The position numbers and the translations under genes were made by a program. Below the pieces are notes generated by a model. That model worked only from the letters and a program-made list of their open reading frames with translations. It was not told the origin of the DNA and did not search any database. This document shows positions 55,911-64,000 of a DNA stretch of 64,000 nucleotides, one piece after another. Source of the stretch: Pirellulales bacterium (GTDB taxonomy: Bacteria; Planctomycetota; Planctomycetia; Pirellulales; UBA1268); assembly GCA_044234625.1 (NCBI GenBank), contig JBIIIP010000002.1, forward strand, positions 13,302 through 77,301. The letters run 5' to 3'. Every line of letters starts with the position of its first letter. Position 1 is the first letter of the stretch.

Positions 55911-57404
55911 CTACTGCCGGATGGCGTCGGTGGGCGAAGAGGGCGCAGTAGCCAGCCGCGGCCGCGCTTCCGTGGCCACCATGTAGGGCCGCTTGTATTC
56001 GGGCATGTAACCCTTCGCGCCGCGGACGGACACCTGCTGCCCGACGAGGGAGGCGAGATTCATGCCTGGTGAGGGCGTGACGAACGCGAGCACGTTGTTG
56101 GCATCGTCGACCACGGCCCACCGCGGTGCGTCCGGCCGGCGCGACACGACCGTGGCCAGTCGGCCGGTCGTCTCCATCTGCTCCGGTGGCGTCCACGTCG
56201 GCGTGCCGTCTCCCGGCGCGCCTCCCGGCAGCACGCCCGGCCGCACGGGCCGCGAGCCGATCGCCGACAGGCTCGACCACATGCCGCCGAGCCGAAGCGG
56301 CGATGGATCGCCCGGTGGCCCGGCGACGATCGCCCGCTGCCGCGACTGAACCGATTCGAACCGTGCCAGCCGGGCATCGATCGCCTCGGCACGCGTGCGC
56401 TCGGCCTGCGTCGTCGTGCGGGAGGCGGCCACCCGCAGCCGCTCGCGCAGCGGCGTCAGATTCCACGAGTCGCTCGGACCGGTCACGGCCAGCGAAAGCG
56501 CGAGATCGATGTCTGCCAGCTCGTCCCCCGAGGCAGCGACGGCCCCCGCGCTCACGGCGCCGGGCGGCGCGGCGGCGTTGGGATCGAAGACGCTCGCCCC
56601 CAACGGGAGCCAGCCCGCGAAGAGTTTTTTCGCCGCGGGCAATGGGTTCAATGTCTGCGGGATGCCCGCTTCGGCGATGGGCTCCGCCTGCGCCGTCGCT
56701 TCGCCGGCCACGGTCACGACCTTCGCCACGGCGGCCCCGGCGTCACGCAGGGCATCGATCGCCTCGGCCGCGGCGGCAGCTGTCTCGGCTTCCGCGGCGG
56801 CAACCGGCTTGGGCGGCGCCAGTTCGGCCGGCAATGAAACATCGGCGCATCGCACCCAGCGATACTCGCCCGACGGTGGCTCGATCCGCACCCACAGGCC
56901 CGCATGCCGGCCCTCTGGAATCCGCACCTCCTCGAGCACGCGGACACGCTCGCCGGCCTCGAGCTGAACCTGGGCCACGTGCCGCAGGGCGTTGAGTTGC
57001 GAGCCCACTCGCGACACGGCGCCATCGGTCACGACGACACCGGTGAACGGCACGCCACCACCTCGGCGGGTTCGGGCCTCACTCGGCTCCGTGGCCAGCG
57101 CGGCCTCGGCGTCGACGTCGCAGGCGCGCAGCCAGCTGAAGCTGCCCGCCACCGGCTGTACGGCGCAGTAGCCGGCCGGATCGATGGCCCAGACATCCAG
57201 TTCCTGGCCGGAGGTGAGCCGCTCGGTGGGATAGAAGTCGTCGCTGGGACCGGCCCGCAGGTAGGTCGATGCCGCGGTCACGCGCACGGTCACCGGCAGC
57301 TTCGCGGCCGCAGGCTGCGGCACGTCGTCCGCGGCGCAGGCCACCGCACGCGACAGGGCAACGCATGCCATGGCCAGCAACGCGATCAGGTGTCTGGTGC
57401 CCAT
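55911..57404 (-). CDS. secreted protein with two SH3b-like segments and an Ala/Pro-rich middle
   Basis: Signal MGTRHLIALLAMACVALSRAVACA. Segments such as TYLRAGPSDDFYPTERLTSGQELDVW and VSRVGSQLNALRHVAQVQLEAGERVRVLEE resemble bacterial SH3 domains. Confidence 0.6.
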   Translation of the reverse strand: MGTRHLIALLAMACVALSRAVACAADDVPQPAAAKLPVTVRVTAASTYLRAGPSDDFYPTERLTSGQELDVWAIDPAGYCAVQPVAGSFSWLRACDVDAEAALATEPSEARTRRGGGVPFTGVVVTDGAVSRVGSQLNALRHVAQVQLEAGERVRVLEEVRIPEGRHAGLWVRIEPPSGEYRWVRCADVSLPAELAPPKPVAAAEAETAAAAAEAIDALRDAGAAVAKVVTVAGEATAQAEPIAEAGIPQTLNPLPAAKKLFAGWLPLGASVFDPNAAAPPGAVSAGAVAASGDELADIDLALSLAVTGPSDSWNLTPLRERLRVAASRTTTQAERTRAEAIDARLARFESVQSRQRAIVAGPPGDPSPLRLGGMWSSLSAIGSRPVRPGVLPGGAPGDGTPTWTPPEQMETTGRLATVVSRRPDAPRWAVVDDANNVLAFVTPSPGMNLASLVGQQVSVRGAKGYMPEYKRPYMVATEARPRLATAPSSPTDAIRQ

Positions 57405-57508
57405 CGTCACGAGCTCGTCTCATTCGGTCGGAAAGCCGCGGGACAATGAAGACGGCGACGGCGGGCGTCAAGAGAAGGAGGCCCGTGGCTTTGCTCCCGC
57501 CACGAGAG

Positions 57509-57555
57509 CAAAAAAAGACGCGTAGACGAGGCTTGGGCGTCCTCGTCTACGCGTC
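57509..57555 (-). terminator. Rho-independent terminator closing the nfeD-floA operon
   Basis: On the reverse strand, a perfect 15-bp stem gacgcgtagacgagg / cctcgtctacgcgtc (57541-57555 and 57517-57531) has a 9-nt loop and is followed by seven T (57510-57516). Confidence 0.65.
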
Positions 57556-57774
57556 AGTCGCGGGCCGCGGTGACAGCCCGACGCGACCTCTTGTAGACCA
57601 CCGGCAAACGATCCTCAAGCCGCGATTTTTGAACCCCCGATCACCCCGGCCGGATCGCCCTGACGGGGAAAAAGAGGTAACTCTCACGAGGGGGTGGAAG
57701 CGTCGGCCGGGAGGTCCGGGAAACCTGCGCGGCTCCTCCCGCGGCGCGGCCCACGCTGGCGCCAGCATGCTGCG

Positions 57775-58356
57775 CTACCAGCGGTCCGTCGGCCGCTCCA
57801 ACACCTCGCGGAGGAGGATCACCTGCCGGATCGTCCGCGGGTCGCGCACGAGCGCCGCGATCTCGACGGCGGCAGCGGACGCCGTCTGCTGCACCGGCTG
57901 TTCGAGCCCTCCGCGGGAGAGCGTCGTCTCCAGGTGCGCCAGTTCGTGCCCGAAGACGTCGTGCACGTGCCTTGCCACCTCGCTCTCACGCGGCTCGGCG
58001 GGCCGGAGGGAGGCAGGCCGCCTTTCCACACGCGGCTTCTCGGCGCGTCGCTCCAGCGCGGGTGCGCGGCGCTCGGTGGCCGACGGCGGCGCGACGGCCG
58101 GCCGGGCCGCAGGCCCGCCTCGGCTGCGCAGGAAGTCCTCGACCTGCCGCTCGAGCTCGCTGCGATCCTGCTCCGGACGCGCGGGCCGAAGCACCACGAC
58201 CGGCGGCTTCTGCGCAGGTCGCCCCTCGATGACCACGTCGCCGCGGCCACGGCGAAACAGCGCCATGATCTGCGACACGATCCAAAAGCCGACGAACAGG
58301 ACGGGCAGCAGCCCTTCCAGCCAATCGAGCCCGGCGGCGATCACGACGGCGACCAT
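57775..58356 (-). CDS. hypothetical membrane protein with charged Arg/Pro/Glu-rich region
   Basis: GGAGGG lies 7 nt upstream of the ATG at 58356. N-terminal TM VAVVIAAGLDWLEGLLPVLFVGFWIVSQIMALF. It is the last gene before the terminator. Confidence 0.55.
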   Translation of the reverse strand: MVAVVIAAGLDWLEGLLPVLFVGFWIVSQIMALFRRGRGDVVIEGRPAQKPPVVVLRPARPEQDRSELERQVEDFLRSRGGPAARPAVAPPSATERRAPALERRAEKPRVERRPASLRPAEPRESEVARHVHDVFGHELAHLETTLSRGGLEQPVQQTASAAAVEIAALVRDPRTIRQVILLREVLERPTDRW

Positions 58357-58385
58357 CGAGTTTTCCCTCCGCCGTGCAGGTGATC

Positions 58386-59405
58386 CTACGAGCCTGCAGC
58401 AGCGGCCATCGGCGCGGAGCCGGAGGCGATCGTCCGCCGCATGTCGGTGTCGGCCTGGAGATTCTTGAGCTTGTAATAGTCGAAGATGCCGAGCTGACCG
58501 CTCGTCAGCGAATCAGCGACCGCCTTGGGCACTTCAGCCTCCGCCTCGACGAGCTGCGCCCGGCTCTCCTCGATGCTGGCGATCATCTCCTGCTCCTTGG
58601 CCACGGCCATGGCCCGACGCCCCTCCGCGTTGGCGCGGGCGACGCGGGTGTCGGCCTCGGCCTGGTCGGCCTGCAGGCGGGCGCCGATGTTGGCGCCCAC
58701 GTCGATGTCGGCGATATCGATGGAGACGATCTCGAACGCGGTGTTGGAATCGAGGCGGCGGGCCAGCACGGTCTTGGAGATCACGTCGGGGTTTTCCAGC
58801 ACGGCCGTGTGGCTTTCCGCCGATCCGATCGCCGACACGATCCCCTCGCCCACCCGGGCGATGATCGTTTCCTCGGTCGCTCCGCCGATGAGCTGGTTAA
58901 GGTTGGTGCGCACGGTCACCCGGGCCCGCACCTTCAGCTGGATGCCGTTCTTGGCCACGGCATCGAGCGAGTCGCGGCCGCTGTTCTTGCCCGGGCAGTC
59001 GATCACCTTCGGGTACACGCTCGTCTGCACCGCCTCGCGCACGTTCCGGCCCGCGAGGTCGATCGCTGTGGCGAGCTTCCAATCGAGCTCGGTGATCTTC
59101 GCCTTGTTGGCGGCGATCAGCGCCTGCACGACGAGCGGCACGCGGCCGCCGGCGAGGTAATGGGCCTCGAGCGCCTGCCGCGTCACGCCCGACGCATCGC
59201 CGAGTCCGGCCTGCACGGCCATGATCTTGCTGCGCACGATGACCGTGGGATTGACCTTCTTGAAGCTCATGGCCACGAGGTCGAACAGCCCGATGCCGGC
59301 GCTCGAGGCATACGACTGCAGCCACAGCCGCAGGTAGCGGGCCAGGAGCCCGAACACCAGCAGCAGGAAAACGATTCCCAAACCCAGCACGATCAGCGTC
59401 GGCAT
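58386..59405 (-). CDS. floA: flotillin-like protein FloA (SPFH domain, UPF0365)
   Basis: [53 protein letters not shown]...[14 protein letters not shown]...[15 protein letters not shown]. This is the pattern I know from YqfA/FloA. The ATG at 59405 lies inside the longer track ORF. Confidence 0.85.
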   Translation of the reverse strand: MPTLIVLGLGIVFLLLVFGLLARYLRLWLQSYASSAGIGLFDLVAMSFKKVNPTVIVRSKIMAVQAGLGDASGVTRQALEAHYLAGGRVPLVVQALIAANKAKITELDWKLATAIDLAGRNVREAVQTSVYPKVIDCPGKNSGRDSLDAVAKNGIQLKVRARVTVRTNLNQLIGGATEETIIARVGEGIVSAIGSAESHTAVLENPDVISKTVLARRLDSNTAFEIVSIDIADIDVGANIGARLQADQAEADTRVARANAEGRRAMAVAKEQEMIASIEESRAQLVEAEAEVPKAVADSLTSGQLGIFDYYKLKNLQADTDMRRTIASGSAPMAAAAGS

Positions 59406-59485
59406 GCGAGTGCTCCGCGTCACGAACGGCCTCGGGCGGGGCGCCCGAAACTCTGCGGCAAGCCTCGTTCGCGGGCGGGGGCCAG

Positions 59486-60100
59486 TCAAGCGCCGGGGCG
59501 GTCGAGGTGGTCGAATTCGAAGGTTTCGAGCGTCGGCGACAGGCCTTCGCGAGCCGTCTCGGCCGGCGGCGGGCCGGGCTGGGGGGATGGCGCCGGTGGT
59601 GCCGCCACGGCCGCCGCCACGCGCACGACCGCCGCCAGGCCCTGCACGCCCACGATGTCCACCACCGCGCCCACCGCGATCGGCCCGCTCTCGCTCATCG
59701 CATCGATCACCAGGCCATCCACGTGGACGGTGCCCCAGGGCACCAATTCGCTGGCCGCCAGGCCGCTCCGCCCGATCAGGCTGCGGAGTTTCTGCCGCTT
59801 CGGCGCGCCGGGCAGCACGTCGGCAGGATCGGGAGGGGGCGGCAGCACGCGGCGGCCCAGAGGCGTGTCCGGAAACCAGCGAAACGCCAAGGCGAGCACC
59901 GCGGGCACGGCCCCGACGGTGAATGCCAAGACAGCCATTCCCGCGGCCGTCCCCAGCTGCGTAAAAGCCATCACCACCGCGGCCACCAGCGCCATCACGC
60001 TCACGAACCCGAGAATGCCGCCCGACGGAATGAACACCTCGAGCACGATCACGCCCAAGCCCGCGGCCAGCAGCGTCGCCACCCACACGGCCGGGCTCAT
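59486..60100 (-). CDS. NfeD-family membrane protein (short form)
   Basis: Three N-terminal TM helices, then an OB-like tail [30 protein letters not shown]...[11 protein letters not shown]. Its ATG overlaps the upstream stop (ATGA). Confidence 0.75.
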   Translation of the reverse strand: MSPAVWVATLLAAGLGVIVLEVFIPSGGILGFVSVMALVAAVVMAFTQLGTAAGMAVLAFTVGAVPAVLALAFRWFPDTPLGRRVLPPPPDPADVLPGAPKRQKLRSLIGRSGLAASELVPWGTVHVDGLVIDAMSESGPIAVGAVVDIVGVQGLAAVVRVAAAVAAPPAPSPQPGPPPAETAREGLSPTLETFEFDHLDRPGA

Positions 60101-62232
60101 GGGTTGACCGAGCGGACGACCACCCGGCTCCCCCGCACCTCGACGACCCGCACCGGTATGCCCGGCTCGATCAATTCCCCGCTCGTCGTCACATCGTGGA
60201 TCACCCCCGCCAGCCGCGCCTTGCCGGCCGGCGCCAGCCGGGAGGTCGTCGTTCCCTCGGCACCGAGCAGCGCGTCAAAGCGGTCGGCGGCGCCGGGCCT
60301 TTGTTCGTCGTCCGGTGGCGCGAGCAGCACGTTGCGCAACAGCGGTGCCGAAGGCAGCCAGCGCCGGGTGAGCGCCGCCAACACACCCACGCCGACCGCC
60401 GCTGCGAGGATTCCCAACAGCGACCACTGCAGCTGCCGGAGTTGGTAGTCGTTCGCGGGCACCACAAACGATTGGCTGGCGAGCACGAGCGACGCGATCA
60501 CGAGCAGACCACCGCCGAGACCGAGCACGCCGAATCCGGGCAGCACGAACACCTCCGCTACGAGGCAGATGGCTCCGGCGAGAAACAGGAGCACCTCGAG
60601 CCAGCCCGCGGTGCCGTGGAGGTATTGGCTCCAGAAGTAGACGATGAACGCCACCATGGAGATGAATCCACCGAATCCCAGACCGGGCGTGTGCAGCTCG
60701 ATGTAGAGTCCCGCCCCTGCGATGAGCAGCAACAGCCAGGCCAGCCCCGGGCTCGCCAGGGCGTCGAGCAGGGTCTCGCTCCACCGCGGCTCGGAGATGC
60801 CGATGTCGCCGGTGAGCGCGTAGGCCTTCTTCAGGCCGCCCATGTCGTCCACGACGTGCGCCGTGATTCCTAGCGCCTCGGCAGTGCCGCCCGTGAGCTG
60901 GATCGGCCCCACGCCGACGCGGCCTCCCGCCTTCCAGGTCTCGCGGTCGTCGCGGGTCGCCAGTTCCTCGTCGCTCATGAATTCGACGCGGCCCGTGGCT
61001 GGCTGCGTCATCCGCTCGACGACCACGCCGGGCATCGCCAAGGCCACCGGCAGCGACCACGCGCGGCCGCGCGGCCGCGCCACGCCTTCCCGCCACGCGG
61101 CAGCCACCGCCTGCACCTCGCGGCCGTCCGCAGACGACGCCCCGGCGCCACCGAGCAAGGCCCCCGGGTGCATCACGAGGTCGTCGCACGCCATGGCGAT
61201 CAAGGCTGCATCCGCACGGGCCTCCGCGGGCACGTAGGCCACCGTCCGCACCCGCGCGGGGTCGAGTTGCGCCAGCCACGTGGCCAACACCAGGCTCTGC
61301 TCCGCCGCCCCACCAGGGCTTTCGATCCGCACGACGAGGAGCGTCGTGCCGGCGGAGACGGCGGCCTCGAGCCTGGCCTTGGCACGGCCGACCACGTCGG
61401 CGGAGATCGGGCCGTTGACCGCAACCATGAACGGTTTCCAGCCGTCTGCGGCGGCAACGTCGATCTTCAGCACGTCCTCGGGGAGGCCGACCGCCCGGGC
61501 GAGTTCGGCCGGCGTGGCCGCCAGCCGCCGCACGAGGCCCATTTCCCGGGCGCGGCGGCCAGACAACGCGAGCGGCACCGGCCGCAGTTCTTCGGAGGCG
61601 AGCACAACGGCCCGCTCCGCAACGGCCGCCAGGCCGGCGGCTTCGACATACTGCTCGCCCTCGTCGGTGGAGACGCGGAGCACCTGGGCCGTCGGATCGA
61701 GCAGCGCCACCGCGACGGCCGGCGGCACCGTGCGCCGCGCGGCCGCGATCTGCCGATACGCGGCCCGCATGGCGTCGTCGATGGCCGGCTCGTCGGCGTT
61801 GGCCGGCCCGAGCGTGGCCGCAGGGGCCATCACGATCTCCTCGCAGGCGAGGGCCACGAGCACGGCGTGACCGGTGACATCCTCCGGGAGGAAGGCCACG
61901 GTCTTGATTCCCGCCAACCTGCCATCGGCCAGAAACCGGGCCAGCTCCAGTGACCGGCCAAAGTCGCTAGCCGCTCCCGCACCGTCGGCGGCGGCATCGA
62001 AACGCAACACGAGTACGCCGCGCTTGCGTCCATCGGCCCGCAGCCCGTCGAGCCGCCGGAGGATCGCCGCCTTGGTCTGCGTGTCGCGGGTGCCGGTGAT
62101 GGGAAGCGGCACCGAGATCATCACTGCCGGAGGCGCATCGTCGGCCCCGGCCCGCGTCGCCGCGCCGTGCATCGCGCCGCCGAGCATCACCGCGATGATG
62201 CAGGAGCGGAAGTGTGCCCACAGGGTTCGCAT
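60097..62232 (-). CDS. long NfeD-family membrane protein with tandem ClpP/crotonase-like domains
   Basis: Two repeats of the NfeD N-domain pattern ([12 protein letters not shown]..., [23 protein letters not shown]...), a central 4-5 TM block, and a C-terminal OB-like [31 protein letters not shown]...[13 protein letters not shown]. Confidence 0.7.
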   Translation of the reverse strand: MRTLWAHFRSCIIAVMLGGAMHGAATRAGADDAPPAVMISVPLPITGTRDTQTKAAILRRLDGLRADGRKRGVLVLRFDAAADGAGAASDFGRSLELARFLADGRLAGIKTVAFLPEDVTGHAVLVALACEEIVMAPAATLGPANADEPAIDDAMRAAYRQIAAARRTVPPAVAVALLDPTAQVLRVSTDEGEQYVEAAGLAAVAERAVVLASEELRPVPLALSGRRAREMGLVRRLAATPAELARAVGLPEDVLKIDVAAADGWKPFMVAVNGPISADVVGRAKARLEAAVSAGTTLLVVRIESPGGAAEQSLVLATWLAQLDPARVRTVAYVPAEARADAALIAMACDDLVMHPGALLGGAGASSADGREVQAVAAAWREGVARPRGRAWSLPVALAMPGVVVERMTQPATGRVEFMSDEELATRDDRETWKAGGRVGVGPIQLTGGTAEALGITAHVVDDMGGLKKAYALTGDIGISEPRWSETLLDALASPGLAWLLLLIAGAGLYIELHTPGLGFGGFISMVAFIVYFWSQYLHGTAGWLEVLLFLAGAICLVAEVFVLPGFGVLGLGGGLLVIASLVLASQSFVVPANDYQLRQLQWSLLGILAAAVGVGVLAALTRRWLPSAPLLRNVLLAPPDDEQRPGAADRFDALLGAEGTTTSRLAPAGKARLAGVIHDVTTSGELIEPGIPVRVVEVRGSRVVVRSVNP

Positions 62233-62312
62233 CGTCGCTCCGGCCGGTGAAAGCATTTCGAATTCTAAAACCGGGGCCCTCGGAGTCAAAAACCGGCGGC
62301 CGCGAACGCCGC

Positions 62313-62318
62313 TATACT
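62313..62318 (+). promoter_or_regulatory. -10-like hexamer TATACT, 6 nt upstream of the pyrE ATG (leaderless-type spacing)
   Basis: The sequence reads cgcTATACTgccgtcATG. The decamer gctatactgc is identical to the one at 46821-46830. Confidence 0.3.
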
Positions 62319-62324
62319 GCCGTC

Positions 62325-62903
62325 ATGACGCACTCATCCTCGACCCGCTCCCCGCTCCTCGACGAACTCGTCTCGCTCGTTGCCAGCGAGGCCCTCAGGC
62401 GCGGCACGTTCACGCTGGCCTCCGGCCGCACCGCATCGTTCTACCTGGATGCCAAACAGGTCGTGCTCGACGCCCATGGCTCGATGCTCGTCGGCCGGGC
62501 GATCCTCGAACGGCTGCAGGCCTGCGGGCCCCTGCCGGATGCCGTCGGCGGCATGGCCATCGGTGCCGACCCGGTGACCGGCGCCGTCGTCACGATGGCG
62601 GGTGTCGCCGGTCTGCCGCTCAAAGGCTTCATGGTCCGCAAGGAGGCGAAGGGGCATGGCATGCAGCGATTCGTCGAAGGGCCGGTGGAGGCGGGCCACC
62701 GCGTCGTGATCGTCGAAGACGTGATCACGACGGGAGGCTCGTCGCTCGTGGCCATTGATCGCGTGCAGGAGTTCGGCCTCGTCGTCGAGCGCGTGGTGAC
62801 GGTGATCGATCGCCTGGCAGGTGCCGCCGAGGCGCTGGCGGCCCGCGGCATTCCCCTCGAGTCGCTGGTCACGATCCGTGATCTCGGCATCGAGGGCGAA
62901 TAG
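62325..62903 (+). CDS. pyrE: orotate phosphoribosyltransferase
   Basis: FTLASGRTASFYLD and the PRPP-binding loop VVIVEDVITTGGS. The ATG at 62325 lies inside track ORF 62214..62903. Confidence 0.9.
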   Translation: MTHSSSTRSPLLDELVSLVASEALRRGTFTLASGRTASFYLDAKQVVLDAHGSMLVGRAILERLQACGPLPDAVGGMAIGADPVTGAVVTMAGVAGLPLKGFMVRKEAKGHGMQRFVEGPVEAGHRVVIVEDVITTGGSSLVAIDRVQEFGLVVERVVTVIDRLAGAAEALAARGIPLESLVTIRDLGIEGE

Positions 62904-62948
62904 CGAGCCGCTTGCCCGACCGCCGCGGCCGGACGTAGGCTTGTTTCC

Positions 62949-64000
62949 ATGCGGTCATCGCGCCTGCCTCGCCGCGCTTCCGTCTTCCTGCTCGCCGGGC
63001 TGGCAGCGTGCACCGCGGTCGTCCGAGCGGAGACTCCCATTCCCGGCGACGCCGAGATCGCCGCCCTCATCGCCCAACTCGGCGCCGATGAATACGCCTT
63101 GCGCGAAGCCGCGGCCGCCCGGCTCGACGCCCTGGGCACGGCCGCTCTCGATTCCCTGCTCGCGGCCGCCGAGTCGAATCCCGACCTGGAGGTGGCCCTG
63201 CGGGCCGACTGGCTGGCCGAATCGATTCCCCTCGCCGACCCCGCCGACCCCGCCGAAGTCATCGAGTTGCTGGATCGTTACCGCCGGCAGGCGGGGGGCG
63301 AGCGGTTCCTCCTCATGAATCGCCTGCTGCGGCTCGACGACGATGCGGGCGTGGAGCCGCTGGCCCGCATCGTCCGCCGGGAGCGCGATCCGGCGACGGC
63401 CCGCATGGCCGCAGTGTTCCTCGCGCGCGAGTGGATCCCGAACGATCCCTACTGGCCCGGCATGAGCGACCCCATCCTCGCCGGGCTCGGGGCCAGCGGC
63501 CGGCCGGCCGCCGATTTTCTCCGCACGGTGGTGGCGTTTTCACGTTCCACTTCCGCAGCCGACCGCGTCCGCCTCGCCGCCGCCGGCCGCGACCTGCTGC
63601 CGACACTCGATCGCCTCGGCGGCGGCGCTGCAGCAGCCCGCACCGCCGCGGCGGGAAACGCAGCTGCGGCCGAGACCGTGACGACGAGCCAATCGATCCT
63701 CGAGCAATGCGTGATCCAAATGCTCCTCGCAGCCGGCGAGCGCGAGGAGGCGCTGGCGGTCGTCCGTCGCCAGATCGCCGGCTGCCTGGCCGCGCTGGCC
63801 GGCCGCGACGCCGCCGCGGCGGAGGACGCGGCCGGGACGATCGCCGACATCCTGATATGGTCGTCCGCGCATGGGATTCCCGACGCCGTCGACGCGATCG
63901 CCCCCTCCGATGCGGCCCCGCGGCGGAAGCCGATCCTCTACGCCGCCGCCGCCTGCGAGCGGGCCCGCAACCGCGATGCCGACGCGGCCATGCTGGCGCA
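62949..64000 (+). CDS. hypothetical secreted Ala/Leu-rich repeat protein, 5' part; continues past the window end
   Basis: My own translation from the ATG at 62949 reads MRSSRLPRRASVFLLAGLAACTAVVRAETPIPGDAEIAALIAQLGADEYALREAAAARLDALG... It stays open to position 64000, so it is absent from the track. Confidence 0.6.
   Translation, partial: MRSSRLPRRASVFLLAGLAACTAVVRAETPIPGDAEIAALIAQLGADEYALREAAAARLDALGTAALDSLLAAAESNPDLEVALRADWLAESIPLADPADPAEVIELLDRYRRQAGGERFLLMNRLLRLDDDAGVEPLARIVRRERDPATARMAAVFLAREWIPNDPYWPGMSDPILAGLGASGRPAADFLRTVVAFSRSTSAADRVRLAAAGRDLLPTLDRLGGGAAAARTAAAGNAAAAETVTTSQSILEQCVIQMLLAAGEREEALAVVRRQIAGCLAALAGRDAAAAEDAAGTIADILIWSSAHGIPDAVDAIAPSDAAPRRKPILYAAAACERARNRDADAAMLA

Noticed and set aside
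1-64000. Search for tRNA, rRNA, CRISPR arrays, transposase/integrase genes and prophage signatures
   Set aside because: None of the intergenic regions (1065-1576, 22683-22932, 23602-23745, 25671-26155, 30480-30761, 33600-33765, 35857-36290, 45486-45629, 57405-57774) showed cloverleaf-compatible sequence, regularly spaced direct repeats or recombinase motifs. Absence is based on visual inspection only; tRNAscan-SE, Infernal and CRISPR finders should confirm it.

Overview
This is a 64-kb bacterial chromosomal segment with very high G+C. 60-nt lines I counted by hand are about 68-70% G+C outside one island. The gene content suggests Planctomycetota, but that is inference only: PilT plus a PilB-like ATPase, signal-peptide WD40 and PQQ-propeller proteins, a thioredoxin-trypsin fusion, giant orphan proteins, few Shine-Dalgarno sites, and many 4-nt start/stop overlaps. 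I support about 54 coding regions. Recognisable housekeeping genes are glgA, dinG, argH, lipA, lnt, metG, epmA, pilT, hisF, thiG/thiS, nadA, floA/nfeD and pyrE. All names come from motifs I read in the translations, because no database search was possible. I found no rRNA, tRNA, CRISPR array, transposase or integrase. Many long ORFs in the track are antisense shadows, as expected at this G+C.

The most interesting region is about 23.7-31.9 kb. It holds a visibly lower-G+C segment (about 48-57% in hand-counted lines) with a cyanophycin-synthetase-like stand-alone ATP-grasp ligase and an unknown 208-aa protein. Divergent from these is a five-gene, translationally coupled operon: PqqD-like peptide-binding protein, HPr-kinase-like P-loop kinase, two GT2 glycosyltransferases, and a PF14907-like nucleotidyltransferase. 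This looks like a cryptic peptide-tailoring (RiPP-like) system with no recognisable cyclase, protease or annotated precursor.

Other observations:
- A structured dispersed repeat of about 197 nt occurs as two inverted copies that bracket 13 kb.
- A LipB-like protein lacks both catalytic residues yet is start/stop-coupled to lipA.
- A lipoyl-domain-like protein contains no lysine.
- A PilB/GspE homologue has every ATPase motif degenerate.
- A cTATACt -10-like box recurs, and several genes have leaderless-type spacing.
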